A stretch of 64,000 nucleotides of DNA from Bilabrum cf. latius (taxonomy: Eukaryota): positions 930,001 through 994,000 of the forward strand of contig OZ237750.1 in the NCBI GenBank assembly GCA_965178125.1. Direction: 5' to 3'. Position 1 is the stretch's first letter; every line of letters starts with the position of its first letter. The position numbers were made by a program, and so were the translations under genes. Below are positions 37,801 through 50,100 of this stretch, one piece after another. The notes under the pieces are model-generated. The model did not search any database, was not told where the DNA came from, and saw only the letters and a program-made list of their open reading frames with translations.

Positions 37801-38312
37801 TCCAGTGCCTGGGCCCGGATGGAAAGACCAGCCCGGACCGCCTATTCTCCGGCGTTGCCTTCGCGAGCTTCGGCACCCCGAGCGGCCGCTGCGGGTCGTT
37901 TGTCGTCGACCCTAGCTGCGACGCGAACTCGAGCGTGTCCGTGGTGCGCGAGCTGTGCGTGGGCAAGAGCGAGTGCACGGTCAAGGCCGAGGACTCCCTG
38001 TTCGGAGACCCGTGCTTCGACGTGGTGAAGCGGTTGTCCATCCAGCTAGAGGGCAACTGCGCCCTGACCGGGACCCAGGTGAGCGCTAGCCTGCCGGCCA
38101 ACACGCAGGGTGAGGTCTGGCTCCCGCTGCAGGGGCATGGGGCCTCGGCGGCAAACGTGACGGCGACCGAGTCGCAGGGCACCGTGTGGTCCAAGGGGCA
38201 GTTCCAGCCCGGGGTCCCGGGGGTGCACTCGGGTCGGTTCGACGCCGAGAGCTCCTCGCTCGTGTTCCAGGTCGGGTCCGGATCCTTCGCGTTCAAGGAC
38301 GTCAGCACCTGA
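34874..38312 (+). CDS. Alpha-L-rhamnosidase (GH78), secreted, with SUEL/Gal-lectin domain
   Basis: Exons 34874-35265, 35352-37413, 37575-38312. Signal peptide; motifs LRVEY, PRFSW, QTAYQV, WSSGKV, ARLFISGLGYY, DMEQNMAG, PQFTYFGFRYVQI, SDCPQRERRQWLGD, YGDWCPP, ATTLWESW, SRNHIMYG. Two TAGs in exon 1; ends at TGA. Confidence 0.92.
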
Positions 38313-38515
38313 TGGGCGATAGGAGCGCGACGGCCACGCGGTCTTGTTAGCCCCATTGCATCTGCTTGCAGTGCGGCTGATTTTGCTTGCTTGTCATTCA
38401 TACTTGTTTCTGCGACATCACGCTCTTGTGCCGCCGTGCATGTGACGACCAGTGGTGAGGCACTAAAGTGCAACCACATCTTTTTGCCCTATTTGGACTA
38501 TATAGAAAGCATACG

Positions 38516-40933
38516 ATGCTGCGAAGTGCTCGCAGAATCTTTGGAAGAATAGGGGGTATCCATTTTGCGGCCCAAAGAAGAGCGGTAGTCCTAACTGGTT
38601 CTGATTTCCGTGCTGTTATGACAACGCCAACGTACGGACAGTCACTAGCCTTGCAGAGCCGAAGCTTCAGTGTTTCCGCCGATTCCAGGCAGTTGAAAGG
38701 AGACGTAATTACCGAAGAAGACTTAGGTGCGAAGCCAACAGATTTGGAAGAGGTTGGCCTCCCTGGAGGTCTCGCCAGGCGGCTCAGGGATAGCGGTATT
38801 TCCGAGCTGTTCCCCGTGCAAGCGGCGACGTATTAGGCTGCAATGGACATGAGAGACCTTTTGGTTCGAAGTAAAACTGGCTCTGGCAAGACGCTTGGCT
38901 TCGCGATTCCCGCCATTCAGATGCTCGAAGCAGAACGCGGCGGCAGGGAGCGTCGTGGCCGCGGCCCCGGGTGTGTCGTGATGGCGCCCACTCGCGAGCT
39001 GGCCAAGCAGGTTGCTGAGGAATTCGAGCGATTTGGGGGTCGCCTGCGCACGCTCTGCGTGTACGGTGGCGTGAGCTACACTCCCCAGCAGGAGTCCCTG
39101 CGACGGGGCATCGACGTGCTGGTGGGCACCCCGGGCCGCATGATCGACCTCATGGAGAGGAACCACCTGCGGCTGGACGAGACCAAGCTCTTCGTCCTCG
39201 ATGAGGCGGACGAGATGCTGCGCATGGGGTTCAAGGAGCCCGTGGAGCGCGTGATGGAGGAGCTACCCCCGGCCGAGGAGAGGTGCACCATGCTCTGGTC
39301 CGCCACTGTACCCTCGTGGGTGAGGCAGCTGGCCAAGAACTACCTCAAGGATCACCTCAGCGTGGACCTGGTGGGTGACGATGCCGCCAAGCTGCCCAGC
39401 ACCATCACACACCACGCTGTGCTATGCGGCCGCAACCAGCGAGAGTCGGCGTGTCTGCAGGTGGTGCGCTCCATCGTGGGTGACGCCAGCATCGCGCGCA
39501 ACTCGAGGGAGCCGAAGAGGGTGCTGGTGTTCGCCAACACAAAGAAGGGCGTGATGGAGATGGCCATGAAGCTGCGGTAGGGCGGGGTCAGGACGGAGTA
39601 CCTGAGCGGGGACAGGTCACAAGGGGAGAGGGAGAGGGCGCTGAGCGCCTTCAAGCAGGGAACAGTGAGCGCGATCGTGGCGACGGACGTGGCGGCGAGG
39701 GGCATCGACATCCCGTCGGTGACCGCCGTGGTGCACATGCAGCCGCCGCAGCAGGAGGAGGCCTTCGTGCACAGGTCGGGCCGCACGGGGCGCGCCGGCA
39801 ACCACGGGCACAACGTGGTGCTGGCGGACCTGCAGGCAGGGGAGTCGGGGGGCAGGGGAGGCAGGGGCCAGCAGGGGGAGGGCCTGCCGGATCGAGAGTT
39901 CTGCGCGAAGATGCAGCGCTCGCTCGGTTTCAAGTTCGTGGTGCAGCGCCCGGGTCCGCTGCAGTTCGGCACCCCGTCCCAGCTCCGCATCGGAGGCACT
40001 TCGGATGAGGAGCGCGACGAGGTGATGGACAAAGTGGCCAGGCAGACGTTCGGGCGAAGCAAGTCCGTGGGCCCGCTGTCCCGGCGCCCCGAGGTAGAGA
40101 AGCTTGCGACCGACATGACAAGGATGCACGGTTCCCCCGAGCAGGCCCTGCGCGCCGCCCTCGCCGTTGTCTTCAAGGAGGCCGGGGCCAGTGGCGGGGC
40201 CTCGACGGGCTCGCTGCTGCAAGACGTGGACGAGGGGCTCGTGACCGTGGCTGCGGTCGGCCCTGCGGTCCAGGATGACGACCTGAGGGCGAGGCAGAGC
40301 GCCCTGGACGCGGCTGACGGCCTCTGGAGGGGGCTTTGCGATGCAGCGGGCATGCCGGAGCACGCGGGCAGCCCACCGCAGCACGTGGCTGCCTTGCGCG
40401 TCAAGCAAGCCGAGGAGCTGGTGGAGGTGGGGCACGGCCAGGTGGACGGCGTGAGCAGCGATGAAGCGGCTGCGCCCGTGCTGTACTTTGATGTGGAGGC
40501 CGACGCGGCCGAGGCCGTGCTGGCAGCGCAAGGCGGGGTGGCGACGTTGGACGACGGAACGACGGTCCGATCGGCACCCGCATTGGCAGCCGGGGTGAAT
40601 CACATGCTGTTCCCGACAAATATCCGATCCAACAATCGAGGGAATGGGGGTGGCCAAAGGGGGGGAGGCTACAGGCGGGATGATCGGCGCGGCGGCGGAT
40701 ACAATGGCAGGGGGAACAGCTACAAGGGAGGGCAGGGGGGTGGCTATGGCAACGGCAGGCGGCAGGGCGGTGGTGGCGACCGCCGAGGGTACAGGGAGGG
40801 CGGCGATAGTCGGGGCGGCTACCGGGAGGGCGGTGGCAGCAGAGGCTACGGAAACAGGGGGTACGACAGACACAGCGGGCGTCGGGGTGGGCAGGGGCGG
40901 GGGCGCATGGATATGTACGATGGCGGGTACTAA
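38516..40933 (+). CDS. DEAD-box RNA helicase, DDX21/RH3-like, with RGG tail; possibly mitochondrial
   Basis: ATG 38516 with an Arg/Ser-rich presequence-like N-terminus. Motifs [53 protein letters not shown]. TAGs at 38834 and 39578; ends at TAA 40931. Confidence 0.92.
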
Positions 40934-41140
40934 GTTCAGGTACCTCTATCTAGAGTTTAATAACTCGGTGGCTTGGACAGTTTTGTGAGCTATGGTGTTG
41001 CATGCACAGGATTCGTAGTGGGCAGTTTCGAATGAGGCTGGTTAGTTCATATCTGCAAAAATTGGATCATCCCGGGATAGGTCACATCATTACGCACATT
41101 TTGATGATTTGCTTGTCGTCGGGCTGTCTGACGCTGCAGA

Positions 41141-44100
41141 TCACAGCTGCAGGCTACGGCTGGAGTTGTCCGAGCTATCCTCTTCCTATTGTCCGGCATC
41201 GGGGTCTGTTTTCTTGCCCCGAACTGCGGTGTAGTCCTCCAGCTGTCCTTCCTCTCCTTGGTCTGGGTCCAGCCGGAACAGCTGCCCCGGCTTGCTCGAC
41301 ATGAGCTACCCGATATCGCTGGTCTAGAGCACATCCGGTTGGATCACCCTGGAGGCACGCTTGGGCTTGCTGGGAGCCCCGTCGGCCACCGTCGCGCCCA
41401 AGGAGCTGCTCCTGCGCCGCCTGCCTTTCGATCCCCCAATGTCCATGTCCCCACCCTCCTCTATCCTCTCCAAGCCGATGCTCGACAGGCTCGCACGGGC
41501 CACGCGCACCGAGTCACCGGGCCCAGCCACCATGGATCCCGACGAGTTGATCGATCCGAACCCCCCTCTCCTCTCCTCTGCCTGCAGGCTGGCATTCGTG
41601 GCCCGCACGGAGGAGTACTGCACCCTCCACGAGTGGCTGGCCCGCAGCTCGCTGAAGAACGTCCTCGACTGCAACCAGAACGCCAGCGCCTTGGCCACGG
41701 TGCCATGCGTTGAGGCCGCCAGGCTGGGCATTAGCGGGGCCAGCGACGCGAGGACCGGCTGCACAACACCCGATCGGATGGAGATTTGCTGCAGGGCCAG
41801 CCGCTGGGGCCGCTCCCCGGCTATGCTCCGCACTGCATCCACGTCCTCGCCCGCAGACTCCATCCTCCGCTCCTCGGCGAGCATCAGCCGCAGGGCCCAC
41901 CGCCGCGAGACGTCCATGTCTCTGAAGACCTCCCCGTTTTGGCTGAGGCACAGCAGCGCGCGGTAGAGCAGCGCCCGGTCCTCCTTGCTCTGGAACACCA
42001 CGGACATGCACCGGGTGGCCAGGATCTCGTGCGAGGGCATGGACAGCACTGGGGCGTCCTCCGGGTCAACCAGGCCGTTCACCGTACCGGGCACGGTGCT
42101 CGACCCAGTGCTGGTGGTGGCCTATTCCACGCCGCATTGTGCCGTGCTATTGCTCGTGGAGGGAGGCTTGGCGGGAGCCTGCGAACCTCCTACGCCGGGG
42201 CGCGGGGGCATGGGGCTGCCCGGGCGCCCCCCGGCAGGAGGCATGGGGCTGCCTGGCCTCTAGTTAGGATGGGGCGATGGCATGGGGCTACCCGGGCGTG
42301 TGGACGCGGCTGGCCCCTGACCACTCCCCTCCGCAGTGGCAGCATCCGTGTTCAAATGACCAGCCGAGCCCGGACTGTGCCCTGCAGCGGCTTTCTTGAG
42401 ATCCCTGTGGCTACTCTTCACCGCCTGGTGGAGGACCTGTAGCAGCGGGTGGGCTTGTGCTGATGCCGCGTCCAGGTGCACCGGCGTGTGCTTGTGCTGC
42501 ACGGCGTGGTGGCTCGGGTGACCTACTGGCCCGGGAGCCGACTCGTACCGCAGTGGATGCCCCGCAGACATCGGTGCCATGTGCTTGGGCTCGTCTCGGA
42601 GCTCGTCCAGCCGGCTCGCGGCAGCCGTGGCAAGCTTTCCGATCGATCGACAGAGTCGCTCCAGCGCCTCATCCGTGGAGACGAGCAGCATGTCGGGGGC
42701 TGCTGCGCCTGCCTCACCGTCGCTCCTCCGACTGGCACTGCTCGCATCGTCCGAGCCGCCTTCTGGCTCGCAAGAGCTGGAGCCTTCTTTTCTTTCAGCC
42801 GTACCGGAGACAGCACTCGCTCCAGCATCAACTGCCTTATCTTTCTGATCCTCTTTCTCCTTGCCTTCCTCCTCCTCCAGCGCCATGGCGAACCCAGCTG
42901 AAAACATGGACTGCTTCCCCGCCGTGGGCCCCGACCCAGCGGGTGGAGTCATGGGGCCTCCAGCAGGCGGGGTAAAGGGCAGCTGAGCCGCGCGGCCTGC
43001 CACGATTCCGTCATTGTCGCGCTCCACGGCAGCTTCGTCTTCGAGCTCGGCGCTGGCTTTGCGGATGCGATTGGCGCGAGCGGCCATTCGGCGTGCCCTA
43101 TCGGCGGCGTGGTCTGCTGCAGACAGGTCCACCGCCACGAGGGAGCCCCGGCCGGGGCGGGGTGTGGCGGCGAGGCGAGATCCGCCAATGCCAAGGGCAT
43201 CAGCCGTTCTACCCGCACCCGAGACACCGCTCCCGCTGGCACCCTCCTCTAGCTTGCGGCGCGCAGCATCCCTGCGCCGCTACCTCCTTGCCTCTCTCCT
43301 GGCAGTGCGCATGGAGTGCCCGCCCTCGCCCGCATTCCCGGCCCTTTCGAGACCGCTGAGACTTCGCCCCCCCGCCGACACGCTCACCAGCCCTTTGTCT
43401 GGCCTGCGCCTCGAGGATCGCCCCCGCATGCGTCCTCTGCTTGCGGATAGCCGGTCCGAGCTGGCCACCCAGTCCAGCGGGTCCGGGCACTTGGATGCGC
43501 ACAGGGCACGCACCCACTTGAGCAGCGCACCCGACCGTCGCTTGCCCAGGGCTGCCAGCATCTGTCCCCTGTGCGAGCTCTCGAACACAGCCACGAAGGC
43601 GTCCAGCGAGGACGTGCTCTGCCCGGCCACTCCGTTGCCTGCCATCCACACCGTGCGGCGGCGGTGGCGGCGCCGCCTGGGAGTCTTCTTGTCACGCGTC
43701 GCCTCCGACCCCGCGGCGGGGGCTAAGGCCTAGTCATCGCCTGCCTTGGAATCGCTGCCACCGTCAGAGCCCGTCATCCCACCGGACACCGAGGCAGTTC
43801 TGGCGCTGAAGCGGCGCTTCCTCACGGCGGAGATGGCTGGGATGATGGCAATTCCGGCCGCTGACAGGAGAAGCGCCAGCACCTCGAGTGGCTTGAATAG
43901 CATCTGCACGCGCAGCTCAGGGGTCGACAGCAGCATGTGCATGGCCTAGATTGCATCGGCCGCCTTCTTGGACCCGTGGTATGCATCCTCGGCCCGCGCT
44001 AAGAAGTCCATTGGCAAGAAAGGCGGGGGGGAGCCGTCAGGCGGAGCGGCCGTCTCGCCATCCATGCCCGGGCCTTCGCCCGCCGGAGACTGAGGCGCGC

Positions 44101-47100
44101 TGGCGATGGAGGGACCAGAGGCGTTGATGCCCCCGGAGCCAAGCACGCTTCCGCTCGACCTGGGGTCCTGTCCTCGTTGCAGCGCACGGTGGTGCGCCAC
44201 TGCCATCTGCGTGTCCAGAGCAGCAGGATCTGCACCCACGCTCTGCCGGTGGGAGTGCCCTCGCACCAGCGGCGGGAGCTTCACCACCTGCGGGCTACCG
44301 CTGCCGCTGCCGCTCGCACCCGGCGCTCCTGCCGCGGGGACAGATTTCTCGATCTTTGCGACAGACGCCCGGCTGCGGCGCCTGAGCGCGTGTGCGTATG
44401 CCCTTGCCTGGCTGTCGTTGGCAGTGGCCATGGACTCGCCCTCCTTGGTCCCCACGGCATTGCCTAGATCCTCCAGCCGCATGGCGGTTGCCATCAATGC
44501 CTGGCGAGGGATGCCCAGCCGACGGGGCAGCTGCCATGCCTCACATATGGCCATAAAGGTGGGAAGCAGCGCGCAGCCCCCTTCGGACCATTCCTCCGCG
44601 GCCCACGAATCGAACTGCCACGTGTTGATCTTGGCCACCACTGCTGCCAGCTGGGCCATCCGCATGCTGTGCTCGGTCTGTTCGCGAGCACTGCCACCGG
44701 AATAGTCGGTTCCCCCCGATTTGACCGAGGCTGCATCGAGGGAACGAAGCAGCTAGCCAAAGCCCTGCTGGTCGAGAGACCCACCGGCACCTCGCGGCGT
44801 CGCGAACGCAGCACCCAGGGGCATTCGAGGTGACGCAAGCATGGCCGAGGAGCCTCGCATCAGCGGCACGGCAGCGTTGGAGATCCTGCGAGGAAGCACA
44901 GGCGCCGCCTGCGAGATCGATCCGCGAGCCGACGCTCGAGCACCCCCCCTGCCTGCCAGCTGAGCCGCAAGCATTCGCTTGGCATCGGCTGCGCTCATGC
45001 CGAACACATGGGCTGCAGGCAGACTGCCTCCATAGGATGACACGGCGTGCTTCAGCGTCCTTATCTGCGCGCCCGAGGGCGAATCAGAGCTGCTCTCTCT
45101 GGCCCTGTCGCTGGCCAGCTCGATGGCATGCCCCGGCTCGGGCTGGGTTTCCTCGCCCTGCTGCCACGTCCCCGTGCCCTGGTCCGTGGCCGCGCCTGGC
45201 CTCGGTGAAAACAGCTCGGCCTCATCCGCCTCGTCTACGAAGAGCCACTGCGATTCGAGCAGGTTCTTCTGGGACGAATCGAAGCGGGAGGCGGCCTGCG
45301 GGCCCCACCGGCTCGAAGACGGCAGGTCTGCATCACTCCCAGTGGGACTGGGCCCGGCGAGGCCTCCCGCACGCGGCACCGCGCGGCCGGCAAGGGCTGC
45401 CATGGACCGCATCGCATCGCTCTCTGCCGCAGCAAGGACCGTGAGAGGCTGCTCTGGACCCGTCGCACCGCCGGGCAGGGCAGCCCGCTCCCGAATGCGA
45501 CGGTCGAGCACCCCGCCACTCATGCCCATGCCGCCCTGCATGACAGCTAGGCCAGAAGCAGGGTGTACCTTGGACGTGGGGCCGCCGCCGTGAGCCCCCA
45601 CCATGCGCGGGTGGAACGATTGCACTGTGCGCATGCGTCTACCGCTGTCCGCACCCAGCTGGTCCATCTGCAGCTGGAACTGGCCAGGTCCGGACGACCC
45701 GCCGCGCGCAGAGTTGGGACGGTTCCGTTCGAGGTCGCTCGCAGTGCGAGCCGCCCATCCCTGAGGCCGAGTTCCGATCGTCAGTCGCATGTTTCGGTGG
45801 ATCGATTCCCGCGTGAGCTGAGAGTTGCCATGCCTGGCGTCCTGCGACTGCTAGCCAGACTCGTCCTCGCCGTCTTCGTCATCCAGCACGAACGGGTTGC
45901 GCACCGTGCTCTAGACGGGGTTCTCGTTCTCTCCGCTGCTGTTGCTGGAGGTCGTGCGCACCAGTTTGCTGGGCTACACGTCGGGCGAGTGGGCAGACTA
46001 TGGCTCCGCAGTCGCCGCGCTGGAAGTGCCTCCTGCCTGAGTGGCGCTGCCTGGCATAGCCAGAAGGACAGCGTCACCTGCCGGCGGTGCCCCCGCGGCT
46101 CGCTCGTGGGCCTGATCGGGTTTACTCAGGTCAGAGTGCTTGATACCCACCCTGGCCCGCACCCCCAGTCCCGGACAGCAGAGCAGACTAAGCCCGCATG
46201 TGGCAACTACCACGAGCCAACCACAGACGTTGCGTGTCTCCTAGGGCCCAGCGGCCTGGCTCGCGTGGGAGCTAGCGCCTGCTGCTGTACCGACACCAGC
46301 TGCAGGATCCAAGGCCGGCTATCCAGGGTTCTATGAATGATGAGCGGCATGACGTGGCATCTACGTAGTCGCCCTCTAAATCCGGGGCACGCTATCAACG
46401 GTGTCATCCGAGCCAACCGTATCGCTGCTAGACTGACGCACCTGCATGCGCCGCATCGCCGCTACATTGGGGTCCAGTTCAAAGGAACCCAGCGGGCCAC
46501 CGGCAGCATCCTCCGAGCGCACGTTCGCATCACTTCCGGGTGCTCCGGGCTATTCTCGGAAGGTCATGTCTGTAACGCGAGCGTGGATGGCCGTGGCCTG
46601 GCCGTCCAACTGCAGGCTGCCACTCGGTTCCCCTCCCTTGGACCTAGTCCCTTCCGTGTCGCCGTCAAGCCTCTTTTCATCCTCATCGTCATCATCATCA
46701 TCATCTTCGGACGAAGAGACTCGCTTTACATCCTTAAGGGCGTCTTCTAGCAGACTGGGATCGTGCTTGCGCTGCTTGGCAGGCGTGCGCCCCTCCTTGA
46801 TCGTGTCCAGCGGCTGCGACACGCGCCTCTGTCCGGTCTGCAATCCGTGAGAGGACACAGGGCTTGTGAGAAAGACCGGCATGTGCGGCAGACTGGACCT
46901 GTTGCGTCTGCCAGCGACCTCTGGCGCCGTAGATCCCGGGTGCTGCCTTTGCCGGATACCTGCCAGCAAGTCATTGCCGCTGCCAGTCACCAGCAAGCTG
47001 TGCCCGTGCTCCAGAGAAGGGGCAGAGGAGCGCCGGCCATGTAGAGCGCCGTCTCGAAGCGAGCGAAACACGTCCCTGTCAGTACCAACGTCTGCTGCAC

Positions 47101-50100
47101 CGCCATCAGCGGGCTTGCCCTCCCCCGGGGCCGCAGTCCTGTGTCCAAAGTTCAGGATGAATCGGCCCCTGAGGTCCTGTCGCATGCGACCTCTCCAGTC
47201 GAGGGGCTGCCCGGTCTGCATCTGGTCAACGGCTGCGATCGTGTCGCCATCTCGCGGCTTGAAGCTCCCACCCGTGGACTGGCGCTGCACCCCGCCCGGC
47301 AACTGACCCTGACCCTGACCCGGTCCAGGGGGCTGGGAGCCCCTGCTGGACGTGGACGAACGGCCGCGCGACGTGTGGCTTGTGCGAGCAGACTGCCAGC
47401 CGGGGCGCACGCTCTTTGCGCCGACCCCGCCCCCCGGCCCTGTGGCCAGCTGCTCCGCATCACCGGACTGGAAGGGCACGATGGCGTGCGACCTCGACAT
47501 GGTGTCGCTCGCACGGTGGGGGCGGATCTGCTGCTGCGGGACTCCATCGCCAGACACCCTGCGCGCCGCCTTGGCCGCTTCATCTGCGGCCAGAACCGCG
47601 CTGTAGACGACCTCCACGGCCACGCGAGCCTCTGCAGCCTCGCTGACGTGCTTGGAGAGGGAGCCTCGCCGGCCTCGCCCGTGGGAAGCCCCGTGCCCGT
47701 CTCCAAGGGGCGTGTCCGCGCCTGCAGTGCTCTGCAGTCCGGCCATGAGGCTCATTCGGGTGCGCTTCCTGGCCATCTTGCGGCTCATGATTGACTTGGC
47801 GTCGCTGTCCCTGGACGCTGAGGACGCATCCGACCGCCTGCCCTTGGACCCAGAGGCGCGCCTCTTGTTTTCAAAGGCTCGCTTGTAGTGCTTCTCGGCC
47901 TCGTCGTAAAGGCTGGCGAACATTAAGTGCCGATACCTGTGCTTGTCCCTTTCGCGCTGCACGCGCAGGAACACGGGCAGCAGCGGCCTCCACGGGTTGG
48001 CTAGCAAAGAGGCCAGGAGCGTCCTGCAGGACTGCCACTCGTCCCGCAACCGGTGGGACCTCTCGTGCTCGTCAAGTCGGTGGGCAAGGTGGGACGCACG
48101 TCTCGCCAGCCGGGAGCGCATCGTGATTGCGTTGAGTTTCTTGGAGTGGAGCTTGCGCCTCGCCTCGTCCTCCTCCACGAAGCGTTTCAGGGCAGTGGCG
48201 GCGCGTGCATGCAGCTGCTGCCGGAGAGCGTGCATCGTGCGGTGGTACACGATGTCCCGCAGGAACCCATCAGAGAACGACAAGGTCACCTCCTCGGTCG
48301 CCTACCCTCGAAGCAGACCCCTGATGAGCGGGCCGCGACCAGCCTTCACCTGCATGGACGGCGGTCGATGCTTCTAGTGGAAGGAGGAGCTGTCTTTGCC
48401 CGTGCTGTGGCTGCCAGTTGACGGCCCGTCCGGCGGCTCGGGTTTTGACTGCCCGGGCACCACCAAGGGGGCCAGGGGCCGTCGCCCGGGTCGCAAGCTG
48501 GGGCTATGTCGGGTTCGCAGTGCCCGGAGACCCCCGGTCGGCGGCGACTGCAGCGACCCAGGTTCCACGCCCCTCGAAACCGACCCATGCGACAGGATGG
48601 AGGCCGGCCGAGAGGATCCTGTGGAGTACCCTGAGCTTGCGTCTGAGAGGGAGGACTCTGAGGGCTCCGAGGATGGCAGGCCCAGGCTGCTGTTGGGCCG
48701 ATGTCCGGCCGGGCGGTCCGGCGCAGAGGTGGCGGTGGACTCCGACTTCGCGCCGGCGTCATTGTGCTCGCTTGGTTCCGGCCAGAGAACCGCGAGCAGT
48801 CGGTCAACGTCCACATCGATAGCCCCTGCCTCGGTTGTCGTAAACCCAAGCCCAGAGGGACCCGAGGGCCGGTATGCGTCAGTCCCATCTCGAATGGTCG
48901 AGCCAGACCCAAATAACCCGCCGCGATGGAGCATCCCACCGGACGATAGAGCGTCAATCCCATCTGAAGAGCTGAGTCGGCTGCCCAGTCCCGCGTCTGG
49001 CAGCGTGTCGACTTGCTGCACCAACTGCGCCCCCCGATGCGTCGCTTCGGCGGAGCGCTGCGTCACGCGCAGAGCCAGGTACCTTCTCTCCACCTGCGCA
49101 GTCACGTCAGGGCCAGCGGCACCTGCCCCAGCGCGCCGAGAAGAAGCAGCGTCCACCGCGGGTCCATCGCTAGAACCGACCCTTTCGTCGTCGGAAGGTG
49201 GCCCGATCCCAGCGTCATCGTAATCCCGAGGGCGAAGCAGGCTGCCGGCCCTCCCGGCGCTGTGCCCCATCGCACCAATCCTACCTGCTCTGTCGTGACC
49301 AGAGAGCGGCGGCGGACGCAGTGCCCTGTGGCGCAGGGAGTTGGATCGCACCTTGTTCGAGCGGGGGTTATGCCTGCTGGGCCTCGAGTCCTCGGTGCTC
49401 CCGCTATGGGCCGATGCGCCTGCAGACAACGATGGGGAGGCCCCACGACCAGCGGCCCGCGTCCACACTCCATCCGACCGCAGTCGCTTGAGGGCCCTCG
49501 CTGCCTCCTCCTCGTGCGCCGCCGATGCGCCGCCCCTGTCATTGTTGGGCAGCGCCTCAACTCTCATGATTCCCAGCTTCAGGAGCTCTTCCAGCACCTT
49601 GCGCACGTCGACATTGGCCAGCGTGGCGGTCTTAAAGCGCTTGCGCTGCACCTCTGTGGGGTTCTCCGTTTCTTGGAGGGCAAAGAGCGAGTCGCACTTG
49701 GCCCGCTGCTTGGCGAGACTGGCCTCTGTCTACATCAGCTGCTGCCAAAGACGCATCCGGCGGTGCTGCTTCGAAACGGCATGATGAGCGTGCCCGTGCC
49801 CTGGCTCGTGCCTGTGGCGGTCTGCGCTGGGATAACTCGGCATCGCCTCGCCAAGGGTCTGGACCACGTGGCTCCCGCGAGACGACGCGACCGAGTACTG
49901 CCCAGACGGCCGCCTCTCCCTGCTGGGTCCAGTGATGGAACCGGAGAACTGGCGTACGTTTCCGTCCTCGTCGGCATCGTCGTCATCTTCAGTGTGGCCG
50001 CGCCGGCGACCTGCTATTCCACTCGGGCCGTCGTCATCCGCATCGTTATCTCCTCCCTCCTCGCCGTCTCCATCACCGTCAGTACCGAACTGATTCTCGT

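Noticed and set aside
6778-43960. A-to-I editing (UAG to Trp), pyrrolysine, or UAG=Glu/Leu
   Set aside because: Informative sites (dynein WxxVQ, G-patch EQG, PDE ADVxQ) and Gln-rich tracts point to Gln. Glu is hinted only at weak sites (21117; ACAD G*IRS) and is less likely but not formally excluded without proteomics.
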